The translations under genes and the position numbers were made by a program. Shown here in pieces: positions 1-10,796 of a stretch of DNA of 37,413 nucleotides (position 1 is the stretch's first letter; the number at the start of each line of letters is the position of its first letter). Source of the stretch: a virus (lineage: Duplodnaviria > Caudoviricetes); the IMG/VR virus record IMGVR_UViG_3300022670_000248, positions 1 to 37,413 of that record; one strand, written 5' to 3'. Below the pieces are notes generated by a model. The model saw only the letters and a program-made list of their open reading frames with translations. It made no database searches and had not been told where the DNA came from.

Positions 1-1463
1 ATAGATAAAGTTTCATCGGGAGAAATATTCAGGTTAAAATTATAATGATCCAGTGTCGGCTTAGCGGCAAAGGCTATTACAAATGCTTGGTCATCTCCTA
101 CATTAGCGGCATCATCTTCACCAATCTCCTGAATAATACTCCAAAAAGTAGCATCGTCAGTAAACTGGAATAACGCATCAACAGGAGGGCCACCGGGTTC
201 AATCCATCCACTAACTTGAGGCGCAGCATAGGTAGCAGTAGGCAATCCGAATATGTCCTCGATAGCATCAACTTGGATATGCCCATCCTTCAAGTTACCG
301 TAGTTCACACTGCCCACCCTGAACACCACCTCAACAATACCAAAGGCCAGCCACGATAATCTAAATACATCACCGGGGGCTATGTCCCATGCATCCCTGT
401 TGACCTTCATCGATATCTTCGCTAATGGACTCGACAATGTTCTCAAATCCCTCAGTGCTACAAACAGGGCATTAGTGCTATTCGAAATACCGGGATACTG
501 CCTAGTGGTATTAATCGTAGTTCCCTGAATCTGGATGTTCGCCATATCCTGAACAGTAATCGGGATATCCTTATTCGAAGCAAGATCGCGATATACAACT
601 GTCACTTCATTGATGGTTTCTCCCCAGCCCCTTCGTGAAAAGTTCCGCATCTCTACGATATTACTTTCATCAAATAGTTGCAGTGACGCTGGAACGAAAT
701 CATCACGAATCAGTCTCAGCACAAACTCTCCCGTCTCCAAGCTCATATACAACGAACCATTAATGTGCTCCAAGATACTACTTACAAAATTCTCAATAGT
801 ATCTGAGGATGTCCATATCATCGACAGGCCAAAACCCTCGTCAAACAATGTCTGAGCAGATTCTTCAAAACTTACGCTATCAAGATCAGTAGCGGTATAA
901 CCCATGCCCCAATCAGTATTAGTCAGTAGTTCAAAAATCATATTGGCAGGATTGGCATCATCACCAATCTGCTTGGTGGCTGGCTGCAAATCAGCGGGGT
1001 ATCTCGATACCTCAAACTCAAAGTCTTTGATATATGGATTGTTCCCAATATAAAACTGTTGAAAAATAAAACCGAGTACACCTCTGTAGGCGGGTACTTC
1101 ACCTACAATCTTATTATTAAGATATGAATTTGCTACCTGCGTAGGCTCACCAAAAGCAACCGAAACACTACCTCCCCGTGAGAATGTACTTACCTCTTGG
1201 AAAATTCCATTTAGAAATTGTACCGTTCCACCTGTAGGCGTAGAACCAACACCACCTTCCCTATCCTTACCTCCAAACAAATTAGGCTTACTAATTTCAA
1301 AGGTTTGTGATCCCGTTAATGCAGGGTCACTAACCCCCGCATCATAGGCCAGCCGATCCCCGACACGGATTTGGTGGATGTTATTCACAGGCCCATAACA
1401 GAGAATGAAATGCAATCCGATATAGTACTTGTACCCTATTATGCCGCCGCTCTTACCGCCCAT
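1..1463 (-). CDS. Tail tip / host-specificity (central tail) protein, 3' end runs off the window
   Basis: Not in the ORF track. Translated by hand from ATG at 1463: MGGKSGGIIGYKYYIGLHFILCYGPVNNIHQIRVGDR...LFGGKDREGG...VPAYRG...YIGNNPYIK, typical of tail tip proteins that follow BR0599-type genes. Confidence 0.85.
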   Translation of the reverse strand, partial: MGGKSGGIIGYKYYIGLHFILCYGPVNNIHQIRVGDRLAYDAGVSDPALTGSQTFEISKPNLFGGKDREGGVGSTPTGGTVQFLNGIFQEVSTFSRGGSVSVAFGEPTQVANSYLNNKIVGEVPAYRGVLGFIFQQFYIGNNPYIKDFEFEVSRYPADLQPATKQIGDDANPANMIFELLTNTDWGMGYTATDLDSVSFEESAQTLFDEGFGLSMIWTSSDTIENFVSSILEHINGSLYMSLETGEFVLRLIRDDFVPASLQLFDESNIVEMRNFSRRGWGETINEVTVVYRDLASNKDIPITVQDMANIQIQGTTINTTRQYPGISNSTNALFVALRDLRTLSSPLAKISMKVNRDAWDIAPGDVFRLSWLAFGIVEVVFRVGSVNYGNLKDGHIQVDAIEDIFGLPTATYAAPQVSGWIEPGGPPVDALFQFTDDATFWSIIQEIGEDDAANVGDDQAFVIAFAAKPTLDHYNFNLNISPDETLS

Positions 1464-1653
1464 TGGCAACCTCCCTTGCTAGTGCTGCAACATTCTTACC
1501 CATCGCATCACCAGTGGCTTCCAGTTCCTCTACTGGCATTTCCCCTCTGACCAATTTCTTGAAATCTATTTCATGGCGGGTACACCAACGCTTTACCCCG
1601 AACAGGCAATACTTCAATACTCGGGCGTGTTTTATACTGGCGTAAATCTGCAT
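1453..1653 (-). CDS. Small tail assembly protein
   Basis: 66 aa with YCxxGxxxWCxRHxxDF motif, between the two tail-tip genes as in related siphoviruses. Confidence 0.7.
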   Translation of the reverse strand: MQIYASIKHARVLKYCLFGVKRWCTRHEIDFKKLVRGEMPVEELEATGDAMGKNVAALAREVANGR

Positions 1654-1880
1654 TACTTTTTCTTCTTACCTTTAATCGCTACGCTAAGCAAATCGCCATA
1701 CCAGACCACATTGGGGCCAGTAATTTTTACCCTACCAAAGATTACAGGTATAACTCTACTCTCTTCCGCTGTCGGCACGGTAAAGTCTCCAATCGCAGCA
1801 GGCTTCGGTTGATCCGGTTTCGGGGCCATCATGTAGCTGACGACCGCCGAGATAATCATTATTACTAACTGTACCCACAT
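1653..1880 (-). CDS. Small tail assembly protein
   Basis: 75 aa: hydrophobic N-terminus, PTAEExRVIPVIFG and GPNVVWYGD motifs. Confidence 0.8.
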   Translation of the reverse strand: MWVQLVIMIISAVVSYMMAPKPDQPKPAAIGDFTVPTAEESRVIPVIFGRVKITGPNVVWYGDLLSVAIKGKKKK

Positions 1881-1909
1881 ATCTAATTTCCTATTGCAAT
1901 TGATTGCAC

Positions 1910-2728
1910 TTAATAAAGTATCGTGCCGCCAAACGGATTCCGGTCTGGGCTATAAGGAAATCCACCATAATTATCTACGTTATCATATCTGTCTTTGCAA
2001 TCTGCTAGGTCATGAGCACAGCCGGGGAACGCTGCAACAGAACTACCAATCACTAAGCCATCAACGCCAGTAGGCATCGGAGTCACAATGGTTATATTGC
2101 CTGCCCCATCGTCATCCAACACCGTTCTGAAATGTATGTCATCAAACTGTAAGTATCCACCATCATAAAACCCTACCCCTGTTGCCGCCCATTCAGGCGC
2201 GGTCACAATGTTCCCTGCGATTACCGAAATGGTTCCAAAAGTTCGAAACGCTATTTCGTCTACTTTGCATTCAAGACCATAATGGATATGTGGGCATTGT
2301 GATGAAAACTTCCTACGTAAACCGGGACGCTTCAAACTGGTAAAGACAGGTTCACAAGCTATAGACGCCTTAGAACCAGCCCATTCTATCGTCAGTACCC
2401 TACCCTTCCATACCACCACGAACTCCCCGCTAAGGTCATTCAGGTGAGTTCTGAATATGGTCAGAGTCATAATCTGAGTTGGCGGGAACCCAACAAAGCT
2501 TTCCAGTACCTCAGCGTCTCTCTGAATATCGATCTTCAGTTCTTGTCTTTCCATTTCAGTATTCTGTTCAACAGGCTGCCTTTGCATCTGAGTCGGCTCG
2601 TACACATTGCTATTAAATGTTATCGGTTCATCATTCGATGTCAGAAAGAACTTCTGATTAACAGTCAAAGTAAATTCGTACAGTTCAACTGGCTGACCAA
2701 AGCCTTCCTCTTGCGCTTCAAAAGTCAT
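1910..2728 (-). CDS. Tail tip protein, DUF2163/BR0599 family (lambda gpL-like, Cys-rich C-terminus)
   Basis: CPHIHYGLEC and C-terminal PGCAHDLADCKDRYDNVDNYGGFPY motifs. Confidence 0.85.
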   Translation of the reverse strand: MTFEAQEEGFGQPVELYEFTLTVNQKFFLTSNDEPITFNSNVYEPTQMQRQPVEQNTEMERQELKIDIQRDAEVLESFVGFPPTQIMTLTIFRTHLNDLSGEFVVVWKGRVLTIEWAGSKASIACEPVFTSLKRPGLRRKFSSQCPHIHYGLECKVDEIAFRTFGTISVIAGNIVTAPEWAATGVGFYDGGYLQFDDIHFRTVLDDDGAGNITIVTPMPTGVDGLVIGSSVAAFPGCAHDLADCKDRYDNVDNYGGFPYSPDRNPFGGTILY

Positions 2729-4422
2729 CGTCCCAGTACCCTCGTAGTAAATGAAATTCGTGTCATCTCAGTGTGATCCCAAGCAAATTCTATCCCATCA
2801 GTATCTAGTCTCGATGGATGTACAAACGAAATCTGCTTAATCTGATTTAACGGAATCGTAGTACCCAACGGCGCATCGATCCCAAGTAATTCTTCACCCG
2901 GATTAGCCGTTGTAACTGCTGACACTATCCTCCTATAAAACCTCTCCCCTGTTGCACTAAGTATCACAATATCTCGCTTACCTACTGAGAAATTATAAAA
3001 ATTCCTGTACTCGTAATCCTGAACAAGTATCGAAACATCCGTACTATCGATTGTCTCCAAGGCAATAAAATCCTGCGACTGTGAAGATATCCAGAATGGT
3101 GTATGCCTGCCTGCCCTTGCGTGTAACCACTCCTTCCAGAACCAGATATCCTCTCTCCCATCTTCAACAAACTCAAACTGATGCACTACATCGGGGAAGT
3201 CTGAGCGGTCATCAACAAAGGCTGGGGCTATTCCAAAATCTACAAGACCGTATTTGGACTGATACGTTAAATCCAAATCCTGCGCCCTGTTCGGCACTTT
3301 CTCAAGAACAAATGTTGGGATGCCATCAACGTCCTTATACGCAGTTGGTGAATCAACAGCAGGTAACGCTTCATTATCCACGAACTCAAATTTGACATTG
3401 GCGAAAGTTATATCAGCAGTTGGTTGTCTTAAATTCTGGTCTTCAGTCAACCTGCCAACCAGTGCTGGGTAAATCCTAGTACCTGAAGGCCAAGCTTTCA
3501 GTGTGGGTCTAAGCAATATCAAAGTGGTTGCCGTAATATTTGCAATTTCTACAGCCTCAACATCTCTCTGATCGATAACAAATATCGCTACACCACCAAC
3601 CTTGAATGATGTGAATTCCGTAAAAGCCACATCAATTACTAAATCACCTATTGGTGTATCAGCAGTCGTGAATACGCAATCAGTCCATATCGGTACTGAA
3701 AACAGTCTTGCTTTCCAGTCCCACATATACACTTCAAGCCACCGCTTATCATCCGAATTAACTAGAACCCTGTACTCAATACTTCGGCGTGGATTCGTTC
3801 TCAACCTATTTCTCCTTTCGCCTCCATCATCAGCTTCGATTATCTGAGTCAGCCACTCGTATCGTTCTACTACAGGCTCACTCCAATCGGGGGTGAACAC
3901 GAATATAATTACCCTGTTGCCCGTTACGGTAAGAGTCCGTGACTCAGTATCGAAAAGCCACGTATACACAACTTCAATTGCGGCTGGCCCAACAAGACCT
4001 ACATTAAGCAGATACTCCCTCGACTCTAATGCAGCATACAGAGTCGGCGGTATAGCAGGCTCGGTCAAAACAATTCCTGTCGTATCTCCATCGGCAATCA
4101 AACTGATATTATTATTACTGGTAAAAAATGCATTCCATACTTCAAATGATCTTATCTGTGTGCTAACCAAATTACCCAGCCCAATTACAGTTGGAGTAAC
4201 ATGAACTCGCTCATAAAAATCGTCAACAAACATCGGGCAAAGCTGCCCATCAACAATTACAAAACGCATATCTACAGGCTCATTGTCGATTAAATCCCCA
4301 AAGAAATCTTCCGAACTAAGAATGATCTGAATAGGAAAAACATCCTGCCCCTCCGACAGAGTAGCCTGATTACCCGCAAATGGATTTGAGAAGATCGGGG
4401 AAGCGTCTACCAGATCAACCAT
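2725..4422 (-). CDS. Virion structural protein (distal tail-like)
   Basis: 565 aa in the tail module, with ERYEWLT..GGERR..LRTNPRR and a C-terminal RLDTDGIEFAWD motif. Confidence 0.7.
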   Translation of the reverse strand: MVDLVDASPIFSNPFAGNQATLSEGQDVFPIQIILSSEDFFGDLIDNEPVDMRFVIVDGQLCPMFVDDFYERVHVTPTVIGLGNLVSTQIRSFEVWNAFFTSNNNISLIADGDTTGIVLTEPAIPPTLYAALESREYLLNVGLVGPAAIEVVYTWLFDTESRTLTVTGNRVIIFVFTPDWSEPVVERYEWLTQIIEADDGGERRNRLRTNPRRSIEYRVLVNSDDKRWLEVYMWDWKARLFSVPIWTDCVFTTADTPIGDLVIDVAFTEFTSFKVGGVAIFVIDQRDVEAVEIANITATTLILLRPTLKAWPSGTRIYPALVGRLTEDQNLRQPTADITFANVKFEFVDNEALPAVDSPTAYKDVDGIPTFVLEKVPNRAQDLDLTYQSKYGLVDFGIAPAFVDDRSDFPDVVHQFEFVEDGREDIWFWKEWLHARAGRHTPFWISSQSQDFIALETIDSTDVSILVQDYEYRNFYNFSVGKRDIVILSATGERFYRRIVSAVTTANPGEELLGIDAPLGTTIPLNQIKQISFVHPSRLDTDGIEFAWDHTEMTRISFTTRVLGR

Positions 4423-5405
4423 TATGGAACCTTGAGATAGGCAAACGCCAAGAAACCTGAGTTTGGCTCTTCATCTCTAATAAAGGGGTTTTTCTTTTGT
4501 ACAAATGGGAATATCAGCCATTCATCCCCGCCAAAGAAAATAGATGAACTCGGAGAAACATTTTTTATATTTCCTACCCTAAGATCAAAAGGCTTACCTA
4601 CAGGTGCGCGTTGTGTCGCGCTCCTAGAAATAAAACAAGGTATCGGGAACAAGATAACGGTTGTATTAAACGTATTCGGTTGGCTATCCACATTTCCATT
4701 TAAACGAATATCAAAGTGGTTATCTAACCATTCCCCCTGTGCTGCAAATCTCATAGGGGGAGTCCATGCTGAAGTGGTATTTAGGAATTGACTTGACTTC
4801 CAAGCAATACCGTCAATATTAGCACGAAGTTTTTGGAACTTACCTGCACCGTTACCTAGCTGAACCCACGGATAACTATGCTGAAAACTTACGGGGTCAT
4901 CTATCCTATTAATATTCTGATCAGGGCAGGTACTTTGCATATATTGACCACCATCATAAGCACCTATCTTATCCAGTAATCCAATATGAATATGTCTGAA
5001 TTCATTAGCAATAACTTCCACCACAATATGCAAATATTCTTTAGTCGGATCAGTGAAGAAATGATAGGCAGTCATATTAGGCAGCAGCCAATTTGTTTCT
5101 TTATGAAGGGACGTTCCCGGTTGACCATTAACAGGATTCGCCCCGTTAAATCCTGTTGCACAATAAGTATCAATGTGGGGATGATCTAGTGCTTGGTTAA
5201 ACCCATGATATGTATTATTACCCGTAGTTAATTGAGCATCAAAAATAGCGAAAGTAACACCCTTCGATAAATACATTTCTGAGCTTGATCCATTGCCAGT
5301 TCCCGCCACAAATTTATTCTCTGTCCAACCATTCGCCACTGCGAATACTGATAGCTTCGCAAGCAGATCGTCAACATTAAGTGCCGTACCTGTTTCGTAA
5401 CTCAT
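4422..5405 (-). CDS. Virion structural (tail) protein
   Basis: 327 aa, MSYETGTA start and GGDEWLIFP near the C-terminus. Resembles the neighbouring 558-aa protein. Confidence 0.7.
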   Translation of the reverse strand: MSYETGTALNVDDLLAKLSVFAVANGWTENKFVAGTGNGSSSEMYLSKGVTFAIFDAQLTTGNNTYHGFNQALDHPHIDTYCATGFNGANPVNGQPGTSLHKETNWLLPNMTAYHFFTDPTKEYLHIVVEVIANEFRHIHIGLLDKIGAYDGGQYMQSTCPDQNINRIDDPVSFQHSYPWVQLGNGAGKFQKLRANIDGIAWKSSQFLNTTSAWTPPMRFAAQGEWLDNHFDIRLNGNVDSQPNTFNTTVILFPIPCFISRSATQRAPVGKPFDLRVGNIKNVSPSSSIFFGGDEWLIFPFVQKKNPFIRDEEPNSGFLAFAYLKVP

Positions 5406-7078
5406 GGGACTAACCTCAAAGCCATAAAATTGTGGAACGCTAATCGGTAAACGTCTTGAAAAATAATGTAGTCATCACCCCCGATTGTTAGCGTATTTTC
5501 TGATGTTTGATTGGAACCAGAAATATGAAACACACCATCCAGTTCGCCATACGCATTTGCATTGGCTCCTATAGTCCCATTTTCATTTTCATACTCCGAT
5601 GGGATAAGCGGAGTCAATGGGTACGAACCATCAATAGCCTCAACAATTTTATCATTCATCAGATTAGTCTGATTAGTAGCATGACCCGCAAAAGGGGCAA
5701 CATTCCTTTGGGTTGTTTGGAAATCGTTTACTCCCGAATTTCTAAAATTTGAAAAAATGAGCCAATTCCCTGTAGGGTCACGAAGCAACATAGCATCAGC
5801 ACCGGGATTTGCGAACATCCTAAAACGATTATCTATGAGGGTAAAATGAAAAGGTGTGCCAGTTCCGTTACCTACGATAGTACGTCCACTACCGCATATT
5901 ACCAACGGGAATCCATACTCAGAAGGAGTCCCATAAGGCAGGAAAAACCCCATCATCATTGATGTATAGATCGTGCCTATTTTGGTTACGACAATGAAGT
6001 ACCTTCCTGTGGCAATAATCCAATATGTGACAAGTCCATCATCCAGTACATAAAAATTCCCGCCAACCAAAGGGCTTCCCCCCGGTTGATTCTGAAAGTC
6101 GGCAGCATCATCAAACGCAATTGCTCCCTGCAATCTCCAATTAAAATATGGAACAAATGGGTTTTCTATAATTGCCATGCCCACAGGAATAGAATCAGCC
6201 GCAGCAAGTCCTTGACCAGTAACAAGAAGATGACCTTCATTTAAAAAGCTATCTAAATCCCCTGTTACTCGCGCTTCAAAATATCCTACATCAACATCAA
6301 CACCACCATTGTTATTTGTAATAACCCAACGCCAGTTAAAATGCCTACCCGCAGGGGCTACAGCAAAAAGCTTTGGTGCGCCACTTATCCACGCAGTAAT
6401 ACCTACCTGAGTATCGGCAACAGTCCACGGCCCTGTTAAATCATCAGACCATTCAAACGTCCAATCTTGCGGAGTATTAGCTAAGACAAATAGCGTAAGT
6501 TGGGGGGCTATCGTGTACTGATCAAATTCAACAGCATCATCAAATTGAGCTTGACCAATTGCGGTAGTCGCTCCTGTCCTTACTGCTGCACTGGTACTTG
6601 ATGGAAGTTTATTAAACATGTTTCTTGGGACATCAAAATTGGTTCCTGTGATAATATCATTTGGATGTGGAATCCACCGATCTTGCGCCCACTCTTGCCC
6701 TGCTGTAATCATTGCGCCCTCAGTGATAATCACCGTGAACACATCAGTAATTACAAAATCTATAGGCCCATCCTTTATCAGAAATTCAAATAGCCCACCC
6801 GCACCATCGTAGAATTCACCAACAGTAGCATCCGCTTGTGCTCCTGAAACTGATCCCGATACGGTAAATGTAGCAACACCTGTGCCACCACCCAGATTAC
6901 AAGTGATCGTCCAAGTCTCAGCCAGTGAGGGCGGGGGAGAAGCCACATCACTGATAGGCCCGTCACCAGTACCTACATATCCCGGCGTAGGGAAAGTCCC
7001 GTAGCCAGTAATAAACTGACGCACCTTATTCATCAAATCCTTGTGGCTACTAGCGGGTAAATTTTGTACGTTTGGCAT
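5402..7078 (-). CDS. Virion structural (tail) protein with inserted beta domains including a discoidin/F5-8C-like module
   Basis: Directly after the tape measure gene. PQDWTFEWSDD..WT..DTQ...HFNWRWVIT segment; C-terminal GELDGVF..SG...SENTLTIGGDDYIIFQ. Confidence 0.7.
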   Translation of the reverse strand: MPNVQNLPASSHKDLMNKVRQFITGYGTFPTPGYVGTGDGPISDVASPPPSLAETWTITCNLGGGTGVATFTVSGSVSGAQADATVGEFYDGAGGLFEFLIKDGPIDFVITDVFTVIITEGAMITAGQEWAQDRWIPHPNDIITGTNFDVPRNMFNKLPSSTSAAVRTGATTAIGQAQFDDAVEFDQYTIAPQLTLFVLANTPQDWTFEWSDDLTGPWTVADTQVGITAWISGAPKLFAVAPAGRHFNWRWVITNNNGGVDVDVGYFEARVTGDLDSFLNEGHLLVTGQGLAAADSIPVGMAIIENPFVPYFNWRLQGAIAFDDAADFQNQPGGSPLVGGNFYVLDDGLVTYWIIATGRYFIVVTKIGTIYTSMMMGFFLPYGTPSEYGFPLVICGSGRTIVGNGTGTPFHFTLIDNRFRMFANPGADAMLLRDPTGNWLIFSNFRNSGVNDFQTTQRNVAPFAGHATNQTNLMNDKIVEAIDGSYPLTPLIPSEYENENGTIGANANAYGELDGVFHISGSNQTSENTLTIGGDDYIIFQDVYRLAFHNFMALRLVP

Positions 7079-7085
7079 TTCAGTA

Positions 7086-10000
7086 CTACCTCAAATATTG
7101 TTTAACTTGTGTCGAGTTTCTACGCATGACATTCATGATTACCTGCTCACCCTCTGAGCTATTTATAAATTCTTTTGCCTCGCCCTGACTCTGGACATTA
7201 ATTATTCTCAAGGAAGATGGAGTCGCAACTGCTGCATCAGTCCCAGACCCAGAATCAACAGTTCCACCTCCTTGAAAATGCATTCGTCTCGGTCTTGTAA
7301 TTGCAAATTTAGGTAGGTTGTTTGCACCGGGTAATTTCATCCGGTTAACCGCTTCCATAAAATTCAAACCGTAATTTTTTACCGCATCGGCATTTATCAC
7401 ATATTCACCAGTGGACAAACGGGCAGGGATCGAGTCTGAATGTGATGTCCCTTTGCCGGTAATAAAACCACCACTAGCGAAAGGAGTACCAGCAATATCT
7501 GACCCTGTTGGGGATACGCCACCACCGCCACCGAATCCACCAAATGCTGATTTGACTAAATTCAATGCAATCTGTTGAAGAATCATCCTAGCAATTTCAC
7601 GTAGGAAGGTTGCAGCAAAATCTTTAAAAGCCTCGGAAGCTGATTTAGTCCCCTCCACAATGTCAAACAGGGCATCCCCCAGTCCAGTAGCTAATTGGGT
7701 TTTGATCCGTAAAAGATTCACACCCGCTTTATCAGCAAACTCCGTAATTATCTCCCCCAATTGAGTTAACTTCTCGGGGGTAACAGGGTCTTGAGCCTGT
7801 TTATTGAATTCAGTGATATCCGCTACAACTTGCTGTAATTTATCAACCGTAGCCTGATCAATCGCTTCCAAACGAGCACCTAGACCGAAACCTGATTCTG
7901 CGCCCGTGTCTACATCTCTCTGAGCAGCCAAGCGTTCACGCTCACCCTGAGCAATAATTCTATCGATACGATCATCGAATTCTTTTTTCTGGGCATCTTC
8001 ACGATCCTCAGCCGCTTTCAATTCGTCATCAGCAAATTGACTATTTCGATCAAGCAGGGCTTTCTGTTCCTCGGTTGTTAATTTGGCTTGAGCCGCGAGA
8101 GTTGAAGTCAGTATTAACTCTTCCTTGTCATCGAGCTTTTGAAGTTCGAGAGCAGCCTGTTGATCGATAATAGTAAGCCGAGCAGCAAGTTGCGTTCTAA
8201 GAGCCTCGCGTTCCCGTGCCACTCCACTAGCTCCGATTGCGAGTTCAGCAGCAACTTCCAAGGCTTCCCTTTCTTCCTGAATCGCATCTTCCTGTAGTTT
8301 CCTTTCCCGTGCTATCAGTGCAATATCGAATTGAATCTGATCTTCAGCAAGAACACGCCTAGCAGCAAAAAACTCTTGCTCCAAAACCAACAATTCTGCA
8401 TTGGTTTCCTTGGCTGCATCAACCCTGCCCTCGTCAAACTCTACATCCTGTTGTGATTCTAAAAATTCTCGTTGTGCGTTGAATCCTGCCTTCAATTCTT
8501 CCAGTTCAATAGCGGCACGAGCTTTAGCTAATTTTTTATCCTGCTCGATTGCAGCAAGGGCTAATGCCTCGCGAGTTTTATTTGTTTGACTCACCGCAGA
8601 CAGGGCATTTTGTGCCGCCTCTGCCTCTAATTTTTCAAGGGCTTTTAGTCTCTTAACTGCCGCATCAGCTTCCCGAACAGCAGCCTTATCTTTTAAGGCT
8701 TCCAGAGTTTCAATATTCTCATCTTGTTTTTTGAGTTCGTCTTCGGCAATCTTAAAACGATCATTGATACTCTCAATTAATAATTCATTCTGTCTTCGAG
8801 CCTCAAACGAATCGAATCCTTGAAAACCTGCCTCAAGAGCATCTTCCAAAGCAACATCTAAATCGTCTAATTCTTCAACTAATTTATTGGCAGCAGACCG
8901 TGCTTTGATTAATGACCGTTCAATCGTGCCGGTAGACGCCTCCTTGAATGCCTCAGTCAACCGATTTGTAGCCCTTGCGGTGTCTTCTAAGGCCGCGATT
9001 GCAGCAGGGGCGTCTGAGGTTGCGAATGAGATTAACGCAGCCCCTAGCGTGATTAACAGCCCTATAGGGCCAAGTGCGCCTGCCAATGCGAGACCCAGAC
9101 CGCGAATAGAGAAAGATAATGCACTTACTCCCCCGACAGCCGCCAGCATCGTCGCACCAAAAGTGGCAATAGCACTAATCGAGGATAGGAAAAAACCGGC
9201 GATTTTAAGACCAATCAAAAGCTTCAACACACTGAAAAGGGTTTCTACCGCATCTGCCGCTCTTCGGAACAGTATCGCATTTTCATTCAACGGGTCAGAC
9301 GTACCGTTTAGTACTCGAACAACTCCCGCAAACAGATCAATCGTACTTCGAAGTGCGCCCCCTAACCCATCATCTCCGACTTGTAAAACCGTCTCAGTCA
9401 GTGCGGATGTCAAAGCCTTGAATGCACCTGCCAAAGTGTCACTCATGATGTCAGCCATGACTTCGGCCTGTCCTCTGGCGTTATCTAGTTCGAAATTAAG
9501 AATTTTCATCTCAGCGGAAACTTGAGCCATCGCCAAGGCCGCAGGCGCACCACGATCTCCGAAGATTTGAATGGCATCAGCCGCGCTTAAACCTTGTGCG
9601 GCGAATAACGCCATGATGTCAGACAGGTCATTAGTCTGAGAATTTACATCCTCAAAAGATATGCCAAGTTTATCCAGTACTTTGTTTAGCGATCCACTTG
9701 GCGCAGCCAGCTTTAGGAACACTTTCCGTAAGCCCGTGCCTGCGAGAGAACCCTGCAAACCGGCATCCGATAATTTACCAATTGCAGCAGTTGTGGTCTC
9801 GATTGATATACCCAGACTGGCAGCGATAGGTGCTACGAACTTTAACGCATTACCCAACTGCTCAACATTGGTATTAGAACTCGCCGCCGCTAACGCAAGA
9901 ACATCCGCGACTCGTGCTGCCTCAGACGCATCCAACGCAAAACCAGACAACACATTAGAAGCAATATCTGCCGCTCGGCCTAATCCTAAACCACCAGCAG

Positions 10001-10484
10001 CCGCAAGGTTTAATGTACCTTCGAGAGCACTGACCGCTTCGTTTGCCGTGAAACCCGCTCGACCAAGAAACTCAAGACCGTTCGCCGCTTGCGTAGCAGA
10101 AAAAATTGTTGTTGCACCTAACCTTCGAGCTTCAGCACTCAGGGCCGCGAATGCTGCATCTGCATCTATGGTTACATCTTCAACAGACAACATTACCGCT
10201 CGAACATTCGCCATCGCCTGTTCGAATTGAACTATATTTCGAAGTGCCGCCGCGAAGAGAACTAGACCACCAAGGGACACCAACGTAGTACGCAGAGCCG
10301 AAGCTTTCGCTCCCGCAGTCGCCATAGAGTTGCCCATGACTTTTGTGCTTGTGGTGTTTGCGGCGTTGCCAGTGGTATTGGCTTGAGTGGCAGTCGTCAG
10401 CCGGTTGATATCCTTTTGCAGTTTCAGGATATCTTTCGACGCAGTGTTTTGCGCCGTTATTAAAATTTCTAGTTTAGAAGCCAT
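7086..10484 (-). CDS. Tail tape measure protein (TP901 family)
   Basis: 1132 aa, Ala-rich and helical. FSATQAANGLEFLGRAGF core and C-terminal FASGG..G.GT..SDSIPARLSTGEYVI. Confidence 0.95.
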   Translation of the reverse strand: MASKLEILITAQNTASKDILKLQKDINRLTTATQANTTGNAANTTSTKVMGNSMATAGAKASALRTTLVSLGGLVLFAAALRNIVQFEQAMANVRAVMLSVEDVTIDADAAFAALSAEARRLGATTIFSATQAANGLEFLGRAGFTANEAVSALEGTLNLAAAGGLGLGRAADIASNVLSGFALDASEAARVADVLALAAASSNTNVEQLGNALKFVAPIAASLGISIETTTAAIGKLSDAGLQGSLAGTGLRKVFLKLAAPSGSLNKVLDKLGISFEDVNSQTNDLSDIMALFAAQGLSAADAIQIFGDRGAPAALAMAQVSAEMKILNFELDNARGQAEVMADIMSDTLAGAFKALTSALTETVLQVGDDGLGGALRSTIDLFAGVVRVLNGTSDPLNENAILFRRAADAVETLFSVLKLLIGLKIAGFFLSSISAIATFGATMLAAVGGVSALSFSIRGLGLALAGALGPIGLLITLGAALISFATSDAPAAIAALEDTARATNRLTEAFKEASTGTIERSLIKARSAANKLVEELDDLDVALEDALEAGFQGFDSFEARRQNELLIESINDRFKIAEDELKKQDENIETLEALKDKAAVREADAAVKRLKALEKLEAEAAQNALSAVSQTNKTREALALAAIEQDKKLAKARAAIELEELKAGFNAQREFLESQQDVEFDEGRVDAAKETNAELLVLEQEFFAARRVLAEDQIQFDIALIARERKLQEDAIQEEREALEVAAELAIGASGVAREREALRTQLAARLTIIDQQAALELQKLDDKEELILTSTLAAQAKLTTEEQKALLDRNSQFADDELKAAEDREDAQKKEFDDRIDRIIAQGERERLAAQRDVDTGAESGFGLGARLEAIDQATVDKLQQVVADITEFNKQAQDPVTPEKLTQLGEIITEFADKAGVNLLRIKTQLATGLGDALFDIVEGTKSASEAFKDFAATFLREIARMILQQIALNLVKSAFGGFGGGGGVSPTGSDIAGTPFASGGFITGKGTSHSDSIPARLSTGEYVINADAVKNYGLNFMEAVNRMKLPGANNLPKFAITRPRRMHFQGGGTVDSGSGTDAAVATPSSLRIINVQSQGEAKEFINSSEGEQVIMNVMRRNSTQVKQYLR

Positions 10485-10796
10485 TTAGGTTAGTTCATCC
10501 ACCGTTTTTTTGTACGCTTTGTCTTCGGCATGGTAGGCACATCTCATACCGCCCATCATCCGCGCCATCTCAGCCCGTTCTCGTTTTCCTGCTAGGACAT
10601 ACAAACATAACGCTTGGCCCATAACATAGTGCAGGGCATTGATGTGACCGTGTGCAAGCAGGTATTCAGCTACCTCTGCTAAATACACCTTCCAGTTTTT
10701 GACTTCCTCTTTTACTTCTTTTTTGGACTTGACCTTAACACCATCTTTCCCTGTGATTTCGGGATAAATCCTTGTATCCTTTCCACGAGCTTTCCC
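10485..10796 (-). CDS. Tail assembly chaperone, -1 frameshift extension (lambda T-like)
   Basis: Open -1 frame overlapping the chaperone 3' end and ending 1 nt before the tape measure start. Entered through slippery heptamers. Confidence 0.75.
   Translation of the reverse strand, partial: GKARGKDTRIYPEITGKDGVKVKSKKEVKEEVKNWKVYLAEVAEYLLAHGHINALHYVMGQALCLYVLAGKRERAEMARMMGGMRCAYHAEDKAYKKTVDELT

Noticed and set aside
1895-1908. Inverted repeat TGCAAT-TG-ATTGCA between tail genes
   Set aside because: Single, short and AT-rich with no U-tract; compatible with chance.
8401-10288. Plus-strand ORFs of up to 212 aa, and other plus-strand ORFs across the window
   Set aside because: They are antisense shadows of well-supported minus-strand genes, with no recognisable motifs.
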